Below are positions 1 through 13,499 of a stretch of 64,000 nucleotides of DNA, piece by piece. This DNA comes from Dipteris shenzhenensis (taxonomy: Eukaryota). The DNA is taken from the NCBI GenBank assembly GCA_047967505.1, contig CM106538.1; one strand, 5' to 3'. The notes below the pieces were generated by a model that was given only the letters and a program-made list of their open reading frames with translations, ran no database searches and was not told the DNA's origin. Within the stretch, counting starts at the first letter, position 1. Every line of letters starts with the position of its first letter. The translations under genes were made by a program, and so were the position numbers.

Positions 1-14
1 TTAATAATATTTAA

Positions 15-292
15 TCTTTAAAATTTTGAAGGTCAAAAATATGTCCGCCCTTCTTTTGAAGGCCTATAATAAGTGTCCTTCTTTTGAAACATAAAAATAA
101 TAATGCCCTTCCATTCTGAAGGATAACTTAAACATGATAATTTCATTTGAATGTTTAAAAAAATTATCTCCTTCTGAGTTGAAGGATAATTTCAAAAATC
201 ATGATTCTTTTGAATGGCTTACAAAAATTTAGCCTTCTCTATAAGGGTAAACCCCCCTTTGAAGGGTGTTGCAACCTTCAAATTTGAGGGCT
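15..292. repeat. Array of about 7 short imperfect palindromes CCTTC-N(4-6)-GAAGG, possibly transposon subterminal repeats
   Basis: ccttcttttgaagg (49-62), ccttccattctgaagg (107-122), ccttctgagttgaagg (170-185), ccttcaaatttgaggg (~275-290) and similar variants in AT-rich context. Confidence 0.5.
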
Positions 293-1175
293 GTGACAAG
301 AGCTTCTCTGTGAGTCGTATGCAGACCTTTAGCTGCCGTGAAACGTTGGTATGCCAAAGCCTTGCCTTAAAACAAGACGTATTGATCTCGACATAAGAGC
401 CTCGCAGAGCCCGTTCTTTTCTTCTCCACCCTCGCACTGCGCAGACGCCTGCAACAATAGGACCTGTGTGCGCGCCATCGCCATCATCCTTGAAGCCTGC
501 GCAGCAGTCGCCTTTGGAAGCTTTGGGCCATGAACTGTACGCAAAGTCGTGTTACCTCAGCGCCTCATTAGCAGTAACTCGCAAATGTAGCACCTCCCTT
601 TTGAGTAGGACTTTCCTTTGGTAATCCCCCCAGCATGTTGGGGGTGTTGACTCTGCCTCCGGGCAACGCTGTAATCTTTCTCTTTTCTTTCAAGTTAATA
701 TAATCGCAGCTTTTCAAAAAAAAAAAAAAGTAACTCGCAGATGTATCACCTTGGCAGCCCCTTAAGAGACCTTGAAGTCTCTATCATTCTGCGCAACTCC
801 ATTCGCAGGACCTATAGTCGCCCACAGTACTTTGACCAGTGTGCCCGTCTGCATCTCTAAAAATCTGCACGCTCTCACCCATCCATGTCCGTGCCAGCGC
901 TACCTCTGCATACCTGCAGTCACCGGTAGCAGCAGCCTCTGGCCCTTAGGCCTCTGTCAACACGGTGCAGCCCCTCAGTCCTCATTGCGCCACCCTTTGG
1001 GAACGTTCTACCATCGCATGACACGCAAGATTTGAAGGCTTGTAGAAGACACCGTATTAGGTCAAAGGATGCTTTGACTAAACATAAGGTTCAAAGGCCC
1101 TCTTTATTTATTTAATTTTTTTAAAAAAAAAGAAAGAAGAAGAGGAAAAATGCAGCAAGCTACGGGGCTCCTATA

Positions 1176-1187
1176 GGTGATCAGAGC
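1176..1187 (+). promoter_or_regulatory. Degenerate tRNA-iMet primer-binding site
   Basis: ggtgatcagagc resembles canonical tggtatcagagc and lies ~350 bp upstream of the gag ATG. Confidence 0.55.
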
Positions 1188-1531
1188 TCAACAAAGCGAA
1201 GACCATAGCCAATTCTGAATGCTTGAATCAAAAAGGTGATTGGAACCACGAATCACCAAGCAATTAATTGGAGATTAGTCGAGTGCAAGCGCAAAGATGA
1301 CTACGAGCAACATCATCGGTCACATATCTCCCACTCTAGTCCTTTCTACCTCCGATCAAAGAGCAAGATAAGTGATTTCTTTTGCTTTATATTCCATACA
1401 CTTAGGATCTTCCGCCATCCATTTCTTACCCTACACTTGAGTCACATTTTTCTTTCATCCGTTTAAATTTTCATACACTTAGTATCCTTATATTTCTCCA
1501 CTCCGCTTTATTTGTATTTATCACAATTATC

Positions 1532-4500
1532 ATGGTGCATCAGCCACAGCCACCCATGCTCCAAGAGCAACTAGATGCACTTCAGGCACAATTGGCCAAT
1601 GAGTGTGAGCATAGGGAGAGATTGGAAAAGAAAATCAATGGTAAAAAAAGAAAGAGGCATTTATCTGATAATGAGTCATGCGACGATGATTCTGACGATG
1701 ATCCTATTATCAGGACAATCAAAGCCACACTGAGAGCATAAAATTTGAGAAAAAAGAGTAAGATAAGTAGAAAATCTTTCTCATTTCAAAATTTCGATAG
1801 AAAGAAAGAAGCACGCATTGTCTTATCTTGGATCAGTCAGCTAGATGATTATTTTTCAGGGGAGAAATTCTCTGAAAAAGATAAGATTAAATGTGATGCA
1901 AATCATTTAGTAGAGAGTGATGCACTGTGGTGGAACATCACTAAGCATAGTAAAAGGCGACCAAAATCTTAAGTCTTTTCAAAAACTCATCAAGAGAGAT
2001 TTCCTTCCCTCACATTTCAAAGCAAAAACCAAACAACAGTGGGATACTTTTAGGCAGTTTGATAAGGAAACGATCTCCACATATACTGATAGATTTTGGC
2101 AAACATTGATCCAACTACAATCCTTAGAGAAAGTTAATGAGCGAGATCAATGCAGGAAGTATGCCGCAGGTCGCAGGTCTAAAGTCTAAGTTGAGAGCCA
2201 AGATTAACATGTTTCATCCTCGCTCACTGAGCTCTACAATTTCTCTTGCAATGAATTGTGAAAGGAAGAATGGAATCCCAAAAGAAGGGAAAGATTGAGA
2301 ACGGCATGTACCCTTCCATAAGAAAAGAGATTTCATAAAAAGCCCTTCTTTAAATCTAAAAATGGTTTTGTTCCACAGAAGACAAATTCTTCTTTGAAGC
2401 CGAACGGTGGAAATTTTCTAAAGAAAGAAATAAGGTGTTTCAAGTGCAACAAGGTGGGACACATAGCCACTGAGTGTCCTGAAAGAAAGAAGACCCTGAC
2501 GGTGAAAGTGCACATGATTGACGACGAAGCAGCCAAGCAAGAGGGAGGTAAGTATAATTGTCATGCTCTTCTAAAAATGAAAGGTTTCGTTAATGGCAAA
2601 GAGGTTGTTATTCTGCATGATGATGGTAGTACACATGATTTCATTTCGGAAAGAGCCTTAGCAAAGCTAAACCTAGAGTCTTTCCCATCTAACTATTAGG
2701 TCAAAGCTGCTTTTACCAAAACAAAGTACAATTGCACTAGAGAAGTCAAGAATCTTGAAATCTCAATCAAACCCTACAAGGATACACAAGACTTTCTAGT
2801 GGCACCCCTATAGGGAGTGGACATTATCTTAGGAATGCCATGGAGGCATCAATATAATCCTAAGATAGATTATGATTCACATCAGATGTGGATTGAGGAT
2901 AGATAAGAAATATGTCCAAAAAGCTCAATGAGACCTGAGATCACAGTCCTTTACTCAACCACACACAAGCCAAAAGAGCAATTAGAAAATGTGAGAAGAC
3001 ATATCTAATTTTGGTGAATACGGTAACGGCTACTTAGCCAAACACTAAGCCTACACACCAAAAGTTTCTTTCTCAATTTTTTGATTGTTTCTTAGAGGAT
3101 TTACTGCCTAGACTACCATGTTCTTGACTTGAAGATCATAGTATAGAAATATTACCGGGCAATACTCCACCTTGCAAAGATCCTTATCGAGTCAATCAAC
3201 TAGAACAAAAAGAGATTCAAAAGCAAGTGGAGGAACTGATAGAGAGAGGATTAATAAGACCTAGCAGTTCTCCCTATGGAGCACCTGTCTTGTTAGTCAA
3301 AAAGAAAAATGGAACCTATTGAATGTGCATAGACTATTGTACACTAAACAATATCACAGTGAAGAACAAATATTTAATCCCTAGGATTGATGATCTTTTG
3401 GACAAATTGAAATAGGCCAAGGTCTTCAGTAAGATAGATCTCAAATCCGGCTATCATCAAGTTCGTATGGTAGAAGAGGATATATACAAGACTGCCTTTA
3501 GAACTCAGATGAGACATTATGAGTTCCTAGTTATGCCTTTTGGGCTAACTAATGCTCCAGCTACTTTTAGTAGAATGATGAACCGAATCTTTCTTAAAGA
3601 CCAAGATTATGTAGTAGTATTTTTTGATGATATTCTGGTATTTAGCAAAGACATTGAGGAGCATCAGGAACATCTGAAGCTAGTCTTTTCACTCTTGAAA
3701 GAAAATCAATTGTACGTAAATCCTGAAAAAAGTGGTTTCTTTCAAGATCAGAAGAGTATTTGGGTCACATTGTATCTGCCGATCGGATTCGAGTAGATCC
3801 AACGAAGATTGAGTGCATAGTCACGTGGCCTAAACCCTGAGATATACATGAATTAAGATCAGTCTTGGGATTGTGTAGCTTTTATAGAAAGTTCGTCAGA
3901 AATTTCGCATACATTGCACATCCATTGATAGACCTTCTTAGAAAAGCTAAGCATTTCTCATGGATTGAGTGTCAAGATAAATCTTTTACAGCTTTGAAAG
4001 GACCTCTCACAAAGCTCCTGTGTTACAACTACCCGATTCCTCTAGACCATTCTTTTTAGTTGTAACTGATGCTAGTGGATATGGAATTGGAGCTGTACTA
4101 ATGCAAGATGGACATCCAATAGCATATGAGAGCCAAAAATTAAAACCAGCAAAATGCAATTATATCACATATGATAAAGAACTAACCGCTATTGTGCATG
4201 CCTTACGAATGTGGAAACATTATTTGATGGGATCTGAGTTGCTTATCGAAACCGATTAGCAAAGTATCAAGCATTTGTTGACTTAGCCACTTATATCCGA
4301 TAGGCATATCAAGTAGGCATCATTTATACAGAGTTTTCAGCCCATGATTCAGTATCAACCTGGAAAAGAGAATGTAGTTGCTGATACTTTTAGTAGAAAG
4401 CCAAGTATTAATCACATCATTGCTGTAGAGACCCAGCCTTTTGAAGGTATGAAGAATTCTTATCAAGGGGATCCAGACTTCTCCGATATATGGAACAAAT

Positions 4501-5865
4501 TAGAGACTAATAATTGGAATCCTATGTTGGACTATTCATGCAATGATGGATACCTCTTTTATCAAAAGAAATTATGCATCACTTGACCCTTTAGACAAAT
4601 TGTAATGGAGGAAATGCACCAACCACCATATATGGGACATAGGGGAGTGACTGCCACTTTACAAGTGATAGCAAGAGAATTTCATTGGCCTACTATAAGA
4701 AAAGATGTGGCTAAGTTTGTAGCCGAATGCATCACTTGTCAGAAGATCAAGAGTTACAAAGGAAAGACCCTAAGATTGCTAATGCCTTTGCCTATTCCTA
4801 TGCAACCTTGGGAACAAATATCTATGGATTTCATAACAGGTTTTCCTACTATAGCGAATCAAAATGATATGATTTGGACGATAGTAGATCGCTTTAGTAA
4901 GCAAGCTTATTTCATCCCATGCAAGAAGACTTTAACAGCTCAACAAGCTACACATTTATTCATTAAGCATATCTTTGTTCATCATGGCTTGCCAAAGATT
5001 ATAGTGTCTGTTGAGATTCAAAGTTTTGCAGTAATTTCTGGACTGCATTATTTCATAATCTAGGCACTAAGTTAGATTTCTCATTAGCCTTTCATCCCGA
5101 ATCGAATGGACAAACTGAGGTTACAAACATCACTATTCTAGATATGATAAGAGCTTATGCGGGAAGTCAACCAAAGACTTGGGACAAATACATTCATCTC
5201 TTACAGTTTGCTTATAATAATACTCCTCATTCTGCAACTGGAAGAGCACCCTTTGAGATTATCTATGGGAAGGTTTTACGTATTCCTATCACACGATTGA
5301 CCCATAGAGTAGAGGCAGTAGATGTATTTACCCATGACTATCAAAATATTCTCAAAGAGGTTAAAGAAGCCATTGCAATTGCATAAGAGAAAGAAGTACA
5401 CAAAACAGGCTAATAAGAAATGGAAACACATGCTTTTTAAAGAAGGCGATTATGTACTTCTTCAGATTGAGAAAATAAGATTGCAGAATGTTGAGAAATG
5501 GCCAGTAATCAAGATGTCACCACATTTTTATGGACCATTCAAGGTGATTCAAAAAATCAATGATCTAGCTTATAGGCTTGAATTACCTGATAATTGGAAA
5601 ATACATAATGCTTTCCATATCAGCCTCTTAAAGCCCTTCCAAGGAGCTTTACCTATTCATCCTGTCTATGAAGAGGCTCCATTGATTGTTGATGAAGAAG
5701 AAATTCTAGAACTTGAATGCATTATTGATCATCAATAGACCTCGACCCGAAAAGAAAATGTCTATATTAAATACTTGCTCAAATTTAAGAATCATCCGAG
5801 GGATGATGCTCAGTGGATGCTGAGTGGTTCTTTCGAACTTCCCAAACCTCATTAGTTCCTATAAT
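1532..5865 (+). pseudogene. gag-pol pseudogene (gag, zinc knuckle, protease, RT, RNase H, integrase, chromodomain) with many stops and frameshifts
   Basis: CFKCNKVGHIATEC knuckle; LHDDGSTHDFIS protease; [12 protein letters not shown] and [24 protein letters not shown] RNase H; H..PYMGH...CITCQ and SMDFITG integrase; GPFKV; KYLLKFKNHPRDDAQW chromodomain at ~5770-5820. Confidence 0.93.
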
Positions 5866-5896
5866 CAAACACGCAACTGAGGTCAATTGCAATCCA

Positions 5897-6400
5897 AGCA
5901 AGAGGGATGTTATAGAAATTATATTTTCTAATATATCTTGCTTTGGATATTATTACTTTAGTCAAGTGTGACTATGGCAAAGTACTCCATAGGAGTGCAC
6001 TAGATGCAGCAGGGGTCCTAGTGGATACTTTGTGTGGTTAGTTGGGGACGCCTAACTATCTTGTGTTTTGCCATGCTAGATGGTCGGTATTGTGGGTGAT
6101 TCCATGTTAATACTGATGTCGATAGTGTTATTGGTATTATGCTTGATTATTGTACTTTGAGCGCGGTTATGTTGGGATCGATTGATTCGGTGATTCATTC
6201 AATCGATTGTTAATAACTAATGTAATTGGCGGCTTGAGTACAAGTGATGGAACTCATAGTGAAGATTGGAGTTAGTGAGAGGGTACCGATCGAGGTGTCG
6301 CATAGCACATTATATATGGCCATGGGCCAAATTTTGTATTTGTTTTATTATTGCAAGTTTGAGCAATATATTTTGTAGTGGACATAATTCATTTGAGGCT
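5897..6400 (+). repeat. Polypurine tract and probable 3' LTR of the chromovirus (end uncertain)
   Basis: Purine-rich ...caagaggga immediately followed by tgttatag at 5908; TATA-like tatatat near 6311. Confidence 0.45.
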
Positions 6401-9400
6401 CTAAGATGGCTATGTAAAGCAAATCCCTAATTTTAGAAGGGAGGGATAATTTTGTCTCTTTGGTGCTTTTATGAAATATCATATATACTCTAGATGAGGA
6501 AGCGTGAGCCACTCATCTAGGGGGGGCAGATTATACCCAATCTGTTGTCGCTTTTGTGGTGTGATTGTGTTCTTCTCCAATTGATTAAGTGGTGACTTTG
6601 TGTGTGGAAGAAATACCCTTTTGCTTTCACAAGTCACCTCCTCTTGATGTTTCAAGCAATCTAGCATTTTGTTTAGCATCCACTCCAAGTCAAAGGTGAG
6701 ATGCTCATGCATTAAAGACTCATCATGCAACTATTTGAGGATATTATTCTTCTTTTCCTTTGGGTGCAACTTGAAGTCCATCATGACTTCCTCGAATTTC
6801 GATACAATCATTGCATTTGAGAAAGTATGGAGGATTCCCATTTATGAAAAGTGTAAAGAAGCATCATCATCACATAAGTGTTGGATACCACTCAATCCAT
6901 GTGAATGAGAGGTGCTAGTACAACAAGAGTGATGACTCCTAACAATTGATGCTTGTGATGCATGAGACTGAGACTGCATGCTCTCAGACTTCACATACTC
7001 CATATCCACATGATTGTTAAAGATAATGTAAATTGCACTATCCATATAGCACATAGGGGCAAACCCTAACCCTAACCCTAAGGGGTTCACATGTATATCT
7101 TCATGTTCATTGTCAATACACTTAGTGTACAAGTAGCTATATCATATGCACTCCTCTCTCTCTCTTCCCCTCTCTCACTTCTGCTATCATGGTATCAATG
7201 CCAATGGTGCTCCCACTCCCTTCATGAGTGTCAAGCCCTCCTTGCGCGAGGCATCCTTCTTCGAGAGAGTTTTTCGTCAGAGAGAGTGTGGCTTCATTAA
7301 GGCATAAGCCCTTGCTTTTGTCAAGGCACAAGCCCTCTTTGGGAGGCACCTTCATTATCTTCTCAAGCTCATCTTCTAGAGCTCATTTTGCTCTTCAATT
7401 TGCATAAGAAAGCTCATCGTTCCGAGCTATGGAGAGAGAGCTGTCTTCATTTTAGTGTTCATGCTTCTTTATGTTTCTGAGAGCGATTTAGTGTTGTGGA
7501 AGATAGGTTTCATCACTTTTAGTTTTGCATCCTTTCCTACTCAGAAAAGCAGTACAACAAAGAAGCAAGCCTCAAGCTAGGCTTCAGGTCCTTCAACACA
7601 AAGCAAACGAGTTGGCTCAATCCGCTGACACTTGAAGATCAACAATGGCAAAGACGCAAGTCGACTGGATCCTCTGCTTAGTCTGTGAGCTCTTGTATAG
7701 CTCACTGTTCAGTAGCCCAAAGAAGACTGAGTATTTTGTTGCTCTTGTAGAACTCAACCAAGGGGGCTCAAAATGCCCTCAAGCTGGCTCCTAAGGTGGA
7801 ATGAATGAGTAGAGATGCTTCAGCAACGTCAACGACTCCAATAGCTGAGGGTGGTGCATTTGTTTGCTTGCGACATCCTCAGCATGAACTTTATTTGGGA
7901 CGCTGCAATTCTCAACGTAGCCAACCTCTCTATCTCTACAACTCTCTCCTAGCCCCAAAGGCCCTTAGATGGTCTCTTCGTAGCTTCCCAGCCTCCATGA
8001 CAGAAGAGGCATTGACAACGATAGTCCTTCAATAGCAACTGCCACCAACAGACGTCCACTATAGCTCCACACTTAGGCTAGGCAACTCCTTCATGGCGGC
8101 ACTTCACTAGAACTCGACATACGACGGCCTCCCAACTACACTACCCGAGCAACCCTTGACACCTTCACAATGGCTGAACGCAGCTACAAGCCTACAAATC
8201 TCGAAAGCTAGCTCCAATGCACGGTTTGCCCTCATGGCCCAAATGACTCAGGAGACCCTTGCTTCGCCCATGAGCTCCTATAATGCACTCAGCTCTCGAG
8301 CTCCTCCACAAGCTGCACAACTAGCTACATGTAGCAAAGGCGACTCGCCAGTGAGCAGCACCTTCACAATGACTCCATGCATTGCTCTTGACTGCGTCGA
8401 GACAACAAGCTCCTTCGGCTAGCAACCCTCAACGGCCACTACCCTCTAGTCGCTCCTCGATGAGCCATCGACCAACACCCATGCACAAGCTCTCTCCAAA
8501 CACTCGGTTCCCACGACCAGATCCAGACCACAGATGCCTACAACAATGCGGCCTTCAATGCTCATGCCCTCATCTACAGCCATGATAAGCCGACTCTTCA
8601 CGACCTCGACTCTAAGCAGTGAACCTCATAGCAATGGAAAACAACAGAGCCTCCCTAAGGTTCTCAGACCTTAGACACGACACGTGTTAAGATAAGGCTG
8701 AGCCCTGGTTAGGTTCCCCTTATTGTGGGTTAGAAGGATTAGTAAATTTTACAACATGTGGCACTCTCATCACCGTAAGGGTTGGGTGAAATTGACTCGA
8801 GTTAGTAGAGTTAACCTTGGGTCAGCTATACTATCAGGTTGTGGACCATAGTTGAACTAGGTTAGCCATAGTTGGTCATTTTTATGTCATGTGGCAACCC
8901 CAACCTCTTTGTGCTCCACATCAGTAGCCCCATCCTGCCCAATCAGCAGCACAGTCAATTACCATGCTATGACATGAATATGTAGAGGCAATGGACCCTT
9001 GAAAAGTGGTGTCATACTTGAAATCATCAATATAATCGTCTATTTTTTTGTATGACGTCCTATTTTTAAATTTTTTTTGAAGCTAGTTCTATATTGATAG
9101 TCATTTCGATGGTTAGGATTTTGTATACAATTATTTTGACTTACGAGTTTCTTGATTTAAGTTTTTGGTTGAAAACTATATTTTCTATGATAGATAATTG
9201 TTTGTTATGTATATTTTGTAATAAAATTTTATGGGATAATTTTTTTTGACACTTGTAGATGTCATTGAGCACTTCAAATATGATAGACCAATGTTGAAAT
9301 CATTTTGATTGCCTACAAGAGAAGACATTATGTGAATGTGCATCATGCAAGGGTGTCATAAATAGACTATGGGTGTTTCAAACTGCAAGCACATGTATAA

Positions 9401-10560
9401 AACAATGAAGGGTATAAGCATGAGGATTTGTGCAACTATGTGTCACTCAGTGTGACAAGAGGTGTGTGACTAAACCCATCTCTCTAGGGGTAAGATGCTA
9501 CCACATGTTTTGATGATAAGATTGAGTGAAATCTTGAAGATTTTGATAGAATCTTTGAGATTCCATCTTGCAGTGTCGATGTGAGAGTGGCGGTCATTGT
9601 TGGAGGTCGTGGGAGCTTTCCATCGCCTCATTGTTGATGGAAGCCTCGGGTGTTGCGTGTTGGTCAATCGATGTGTTTGGTGGAGGCACTTGTTGTAGAC
9701 TATCCTGCATTGTAGTTCATTGGAGGTGGTTGGATGTGAATGGAGCCTTGAGTCATCCATTGTGTGCTGGTTGGAATTGCTTCATGGGAGTTTGTGTTGG
9801 CTCGTTGGAGCGCTAGCATTGTGAGCTTGTGAAGTTGACCATGGAGGCAAAGATTTTTGTTGATGCGCATGTGAGGGGTGGTTGAGTCATTGAAGTTTGG
9901 AGACTCTTGTGAGCTCATCGGTTGATGGCATCTTGCTATGTTTGGTGCTTACTTGGAGCTTATTGGAAATGATTGTGTTAAAGCTTTGCATCTACTTTGT
10001 GGTCCTTGTCTTGCCTGCGAAGACTATGTTTGTCCGTCATTGCTATGGTGAGTTGTACTCTGCCGTGGACTATAGGAGGCTCATGTTGCATTAAGGTGGC
10101 CACTTAGCATGGAGCCATCAAATTGTGCTATTGCTTGGAGCTAGCATGTTGTTGGATCGATGTGTGGAGGTGTAGGAGCCTTCATCATTGTAAGTGCTGC
10201 AACCAAGTCCTTCGTCTTGCATGCAGGGTCGCTCTTGTGTGAGATCCTTGCTCGCTTGGCTTGGTGTTGGATGTTGATGATGTTTTGGTTGTGTTGTGGT
10301 GTACGAGTTGACATTGCTTGAAGCTCATGGTTGATGCTCGTGCTAGACGGAGCTTTGAGTTGCCCTTTTGAGAAGTTGGTTGTGCCTATTGCTTGCTAAG
10401 GCCACTTGTGTAGTCGACGATTGTGTGAGGCACCTTTGACTTGGCTAGAGTCTTTGCCAATAGGAGTCTCATGTTTCTTGCTGTGAGCATATTTCATTGT
10501 TGAAGCCTTTGCTTTGTGTTGACTCTGTGCCAACATGAACTTATGTAGAAAGAGAATGCG

Positions 10561-10799
10561 ATACAACTTTGTGATACAACTTTGTGTTACAACTTTGTGT
10601 TACAACTTCTACATGTAGAAAGAGAATGTATTACAACTTTGTGTTACAACTTTGTGATACAACTTTGTGTTACAACTTTGTGTTACAACTTTATGATACA
10701 ACTTTGTGTTACAACTTTGTGTTACAACTTTATGATACAACTTTGTGTTACAACTTTGTGTTACAACTTTGTGATACAACTTTGTCTTACAACTTTGCG
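10561..10799 (+). repeat. 13-bp tandem array (WTACAACTTTGTG) in the 5' LTR
   Basis: 3 full units, a 31-bp interruption, then 13 full units. Confidence 0.95.
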
Positions 10800-11233
10800 T
10801 TACATGAAGAGAGAGAAGCTCTCCAACTTGTATAAATACCCCATAATGGAATGAAGCCCACACTCTTTGGGGCATTGTGTTGAGTCTACTTTGGTATTCC
10901 AAGCATTTGTCTCAAGTGTCCATGCTTCCTTGCACTCCATGTCCAAAAGCATGTCCTAACCTTGCAACTCCTCCTCCCTTCTCCTCCAACCTTGCAACCC
11001 ATCCTCTCCCTCTCCTCCTCCATCCTCCTCCTTTTTCCTCCTCCTCCCTCCTCCTCCTCCTTCCTCCTCCTCCTCCTCCTCCCTCCTCCTCCTCCCTCCT
11101 CTCTCTTCTTTTCCCTATGCTCTTACACCTTCTTCCTCTCCCACTCCTATGCTCCCCCTAAACCCTTTGTTCCTCAAGCCTTAAAACTCCATGATCTACG
11201 AGGGAGATGAGTTCTCCACCATGTACTCTACCC

Positions 11234-11440
11234 TAAACCTTGGAACCTCCTTCTAAACCCTGGAACCTCCTTCTAAACCTTGGAACTCCTTCTAAACCTT
11301 GGAACCTCCTTCTGAACCTTGGATCCTCCTTCTAACCCTAGACTCCTTCGAAACCCCTAACCCTGGACTCCTTCTAAACCCTGGAACCTCCTTCTGAACC
11401 CTAGAACCTCCTTCTAACCCTTAAACTCCTCCTAAACCCT
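11234..11440 (+). repeat. ~20-bp tandem array (TAAACCCTGGAACCTCCTTC-like) in the 5' LTR; second copy at ~24203-24409
   Basis: About 10 degenerate units, each containing aaaccct/aaccct followed by ctccttct. Confidence 0.9.
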
Positions 11441-11695
11441 ACAACCCCCAATGAAGGAGAAAGCCTTCATTACCTCAACAAAGATGATTTACATTCCTTT
11501 TACACATGCATGCACTTTGTTTGCTTACCACACTTAAGCCTACGTCTCTCACCGGAACATGACTTGAGGTCCTGAGCTACACGTATACTACAATCGACAA
11601 CTCTAATATATCTATAGGTGACAAAAAGCCTCGGAACCCTGCAAACATAGAATACCCAGCTCTTTCTACGGAAGCAGTAGGAAAGAGCAAACATT

Positions 11696-11713
11696 TGGTG
11701 CCATTGCTGGGGA
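11696..11713 (+). promoter_or_regulatory. tRNA-Asp-type primer-binding site
   Basis: tggtgccattgctgggga 2 bp after the LTR end; differs from the Athila consensus tggcgccgttgccgggga only by C>T/G>A changes. Confidence 0.8.
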
Positions 11714-11994
11714 GACTAGCATCTCAAGTAGTGAGTAAACATACATAGGTATGTGTAAAAAACAAACTACTTCGAACTTTCATGAACTTAACACTCAAGG
11801 GCAAGGAGAGTAAATTTTTTTTTCCATTTCTAGCCAAACATATCAATCCCAAGCATCAACCTTGGGTTACTACCTGAAGAAATTTTCTTTATTTCTTAAA
11901 TAGAAGACACATGATAAACAATTAGGCTAGGTAGTGGACACGAATGCGTAGAGCTTCCAATTTCGATCATTTCACCTTTTTGTAGAAAAGCAAA

Positions 11995-12094
11995 NNNNNN
12001 NNNNNNNNNNNNNNNNNNNNNNNNNNNNNNNNNNNNNNNNNNNNNNNNNNNNNNNNNNNNNNNNNNNNNNNNNNNNNNNNNNNNNNNNNNNNNN
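11995..12094. other. Assembly gap (100 N)
   Basis: Run of 100 n; true gap size unknown. Confidence 1.
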
Positions 12095-13499
12095 TCTGTA
12101 ACCCTCCCCCCACCCCCACTCTCCGCCCCCATCTCTGCCCCCTGCCCACCCTGTGGCGGTGCATGCAGTGCTGCCCCGCCCTGCCTCGCCCCATGCTCTC
12201 CGCCCCTCACCCGCCCCTCGGTGCTGCCCTCCCCCCCGACACTGCCCCGTAGTGCCACCTCGCCTCGCCCCCCCGCTCTCTGCCCCCTCTTTGCCCCTCG
12301 CCCACCCCGTAGCGATGAACGTAGCGTCCCTAGCTCTCTGCCCCCCCTGCCCCCCGCTCTCCACCCCCCTCTCTGCCCCCCGCCCGCCCCGCGGTGCTGC
12401 TCCGTAGCGTCGCCCCACGCCGCCCTGCACCCCGCTCTCTACTGCCCTCACCCCCACCCCCTCTCCTCTCACCCCCCTCTCCTCTCACCCTCCTCTCCGC
12501 TCACCCCTGCCCTCACCCCCCGCCCCCTCTCCCATCACCCCCCGCCCCCCTCTCCTCTCCCCCCTTGCCCTCCCCCACTGTGCAAAACCCCCCCACCCCC
12601 CACCCCCCGCGCCGCCGCGAGCGACACCCCCCCACTGTCCAAAAAACAAAAAAAAAACCAAAAAACCCTAAACTAACTTTAGTTAGGTTCATTAAGTTAG
12701 GTTAGTATTACCCTGGGTTAGGTTAGTATTGCCCTCTATTAGGCTAATTTTAATCGTAGCTAGGTCAGTCTAACTGTTAGTTAGTTACTCTAACTAGGTT
12801 AGTTGAACTAACTATGGTCAATCTAACCATCACAAGGCTAGGTTAGACTAACTGATTAGCATCTAACTAGACAAATAGGTTAGTTAATCTAACTAGATCA
12901 ACTTCGTTTCAACCCCTTGGCTGGACTTAAAGTCCATTCACACCACCATTAGGACCCCCCAATGCAAAATTCACCTACTTTAACCTCTCGAAACTCATCC
13001 GTTTGGGACCCAAATTGAACCCCGTTCGAACCCAAATTTCACACACGGAAACACACGCTACGGGGTATTTTTCTAACCCATTGCACACCATTTTGGCATC
13101 CCTAGCACTCGTTCATTTGCACCCCCATGTGGGCCTCGTTTCGCACAAACTCGATCATATCTTCACATTGTGACCTCCGATTAACGATCCGTCTGCACCG
13201 ACACATTTCCCTACACATGTAGAACAATCTTAGGCACATTATTAACACGACGGTCCCTACACAAACTAACACCACTCTAACTCTCCTAACAAAGCTACAT
13301 CCACACCCGCACTTGGGGCAGCGACACCCTTGGCAAATCATGCACAATCTACATATAGCTACATTTCGGCCAATGCCTTCGACTCCAATGCTCACCACAT
13401 CTGCATATAACTCCGCTGCAACAACTGCCACCACCAATCCTCTACCCTGAATCCCCCCCTGAGATTCAACCACTCCCTCTAACTCCTCCACGCCCCAAC

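Larger units (their letters stand above)
1176..6400 (+). mobile_element. Decayed Ty3/gypsy chromovirus-type LTR retrotransposon (no matching 5' LTR found; right end approximate)
   Basis: PBS-like site, then gag, CCHC knuckle, protease, RT, RNase H, integrase and chromodomain in gypsy order; purine tract at 5897-5907 followed by TGTTAT at 5908. Confidence 0.9.
10517..11693 (+). repeat. 5' LTR (TG...CA)
   Basis: Begins tgttgactc, ends gagcaaaca; collinear with 23489-24654; contains 13-bp, (CCT)n and ~20-bp tandem arrays and tataaat at ~10831. Confidence 0.92.

Noticed and set aside
1-1175. 5' LTR of the chromovirus element
   Set aside because: No visible match to the sequence after the PPT at 5908.
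7061-7081. Interstitial telomere
   Set aside because: Only three aaccct units.
10561-10799. Regular repeats as a CRISPR array, and the periodic ORFs (CYNFVIQLCVTTL)n
   Set aside because: Head-to-tail 13-bp units with no unique spacers, inside an LTR in a eukaryotic context; the ORFs are by-products.
11896-12705. Pro-rich and Gly-rich ORFs
   Set aside because: C-run low complexity, partly spanning the N gap.
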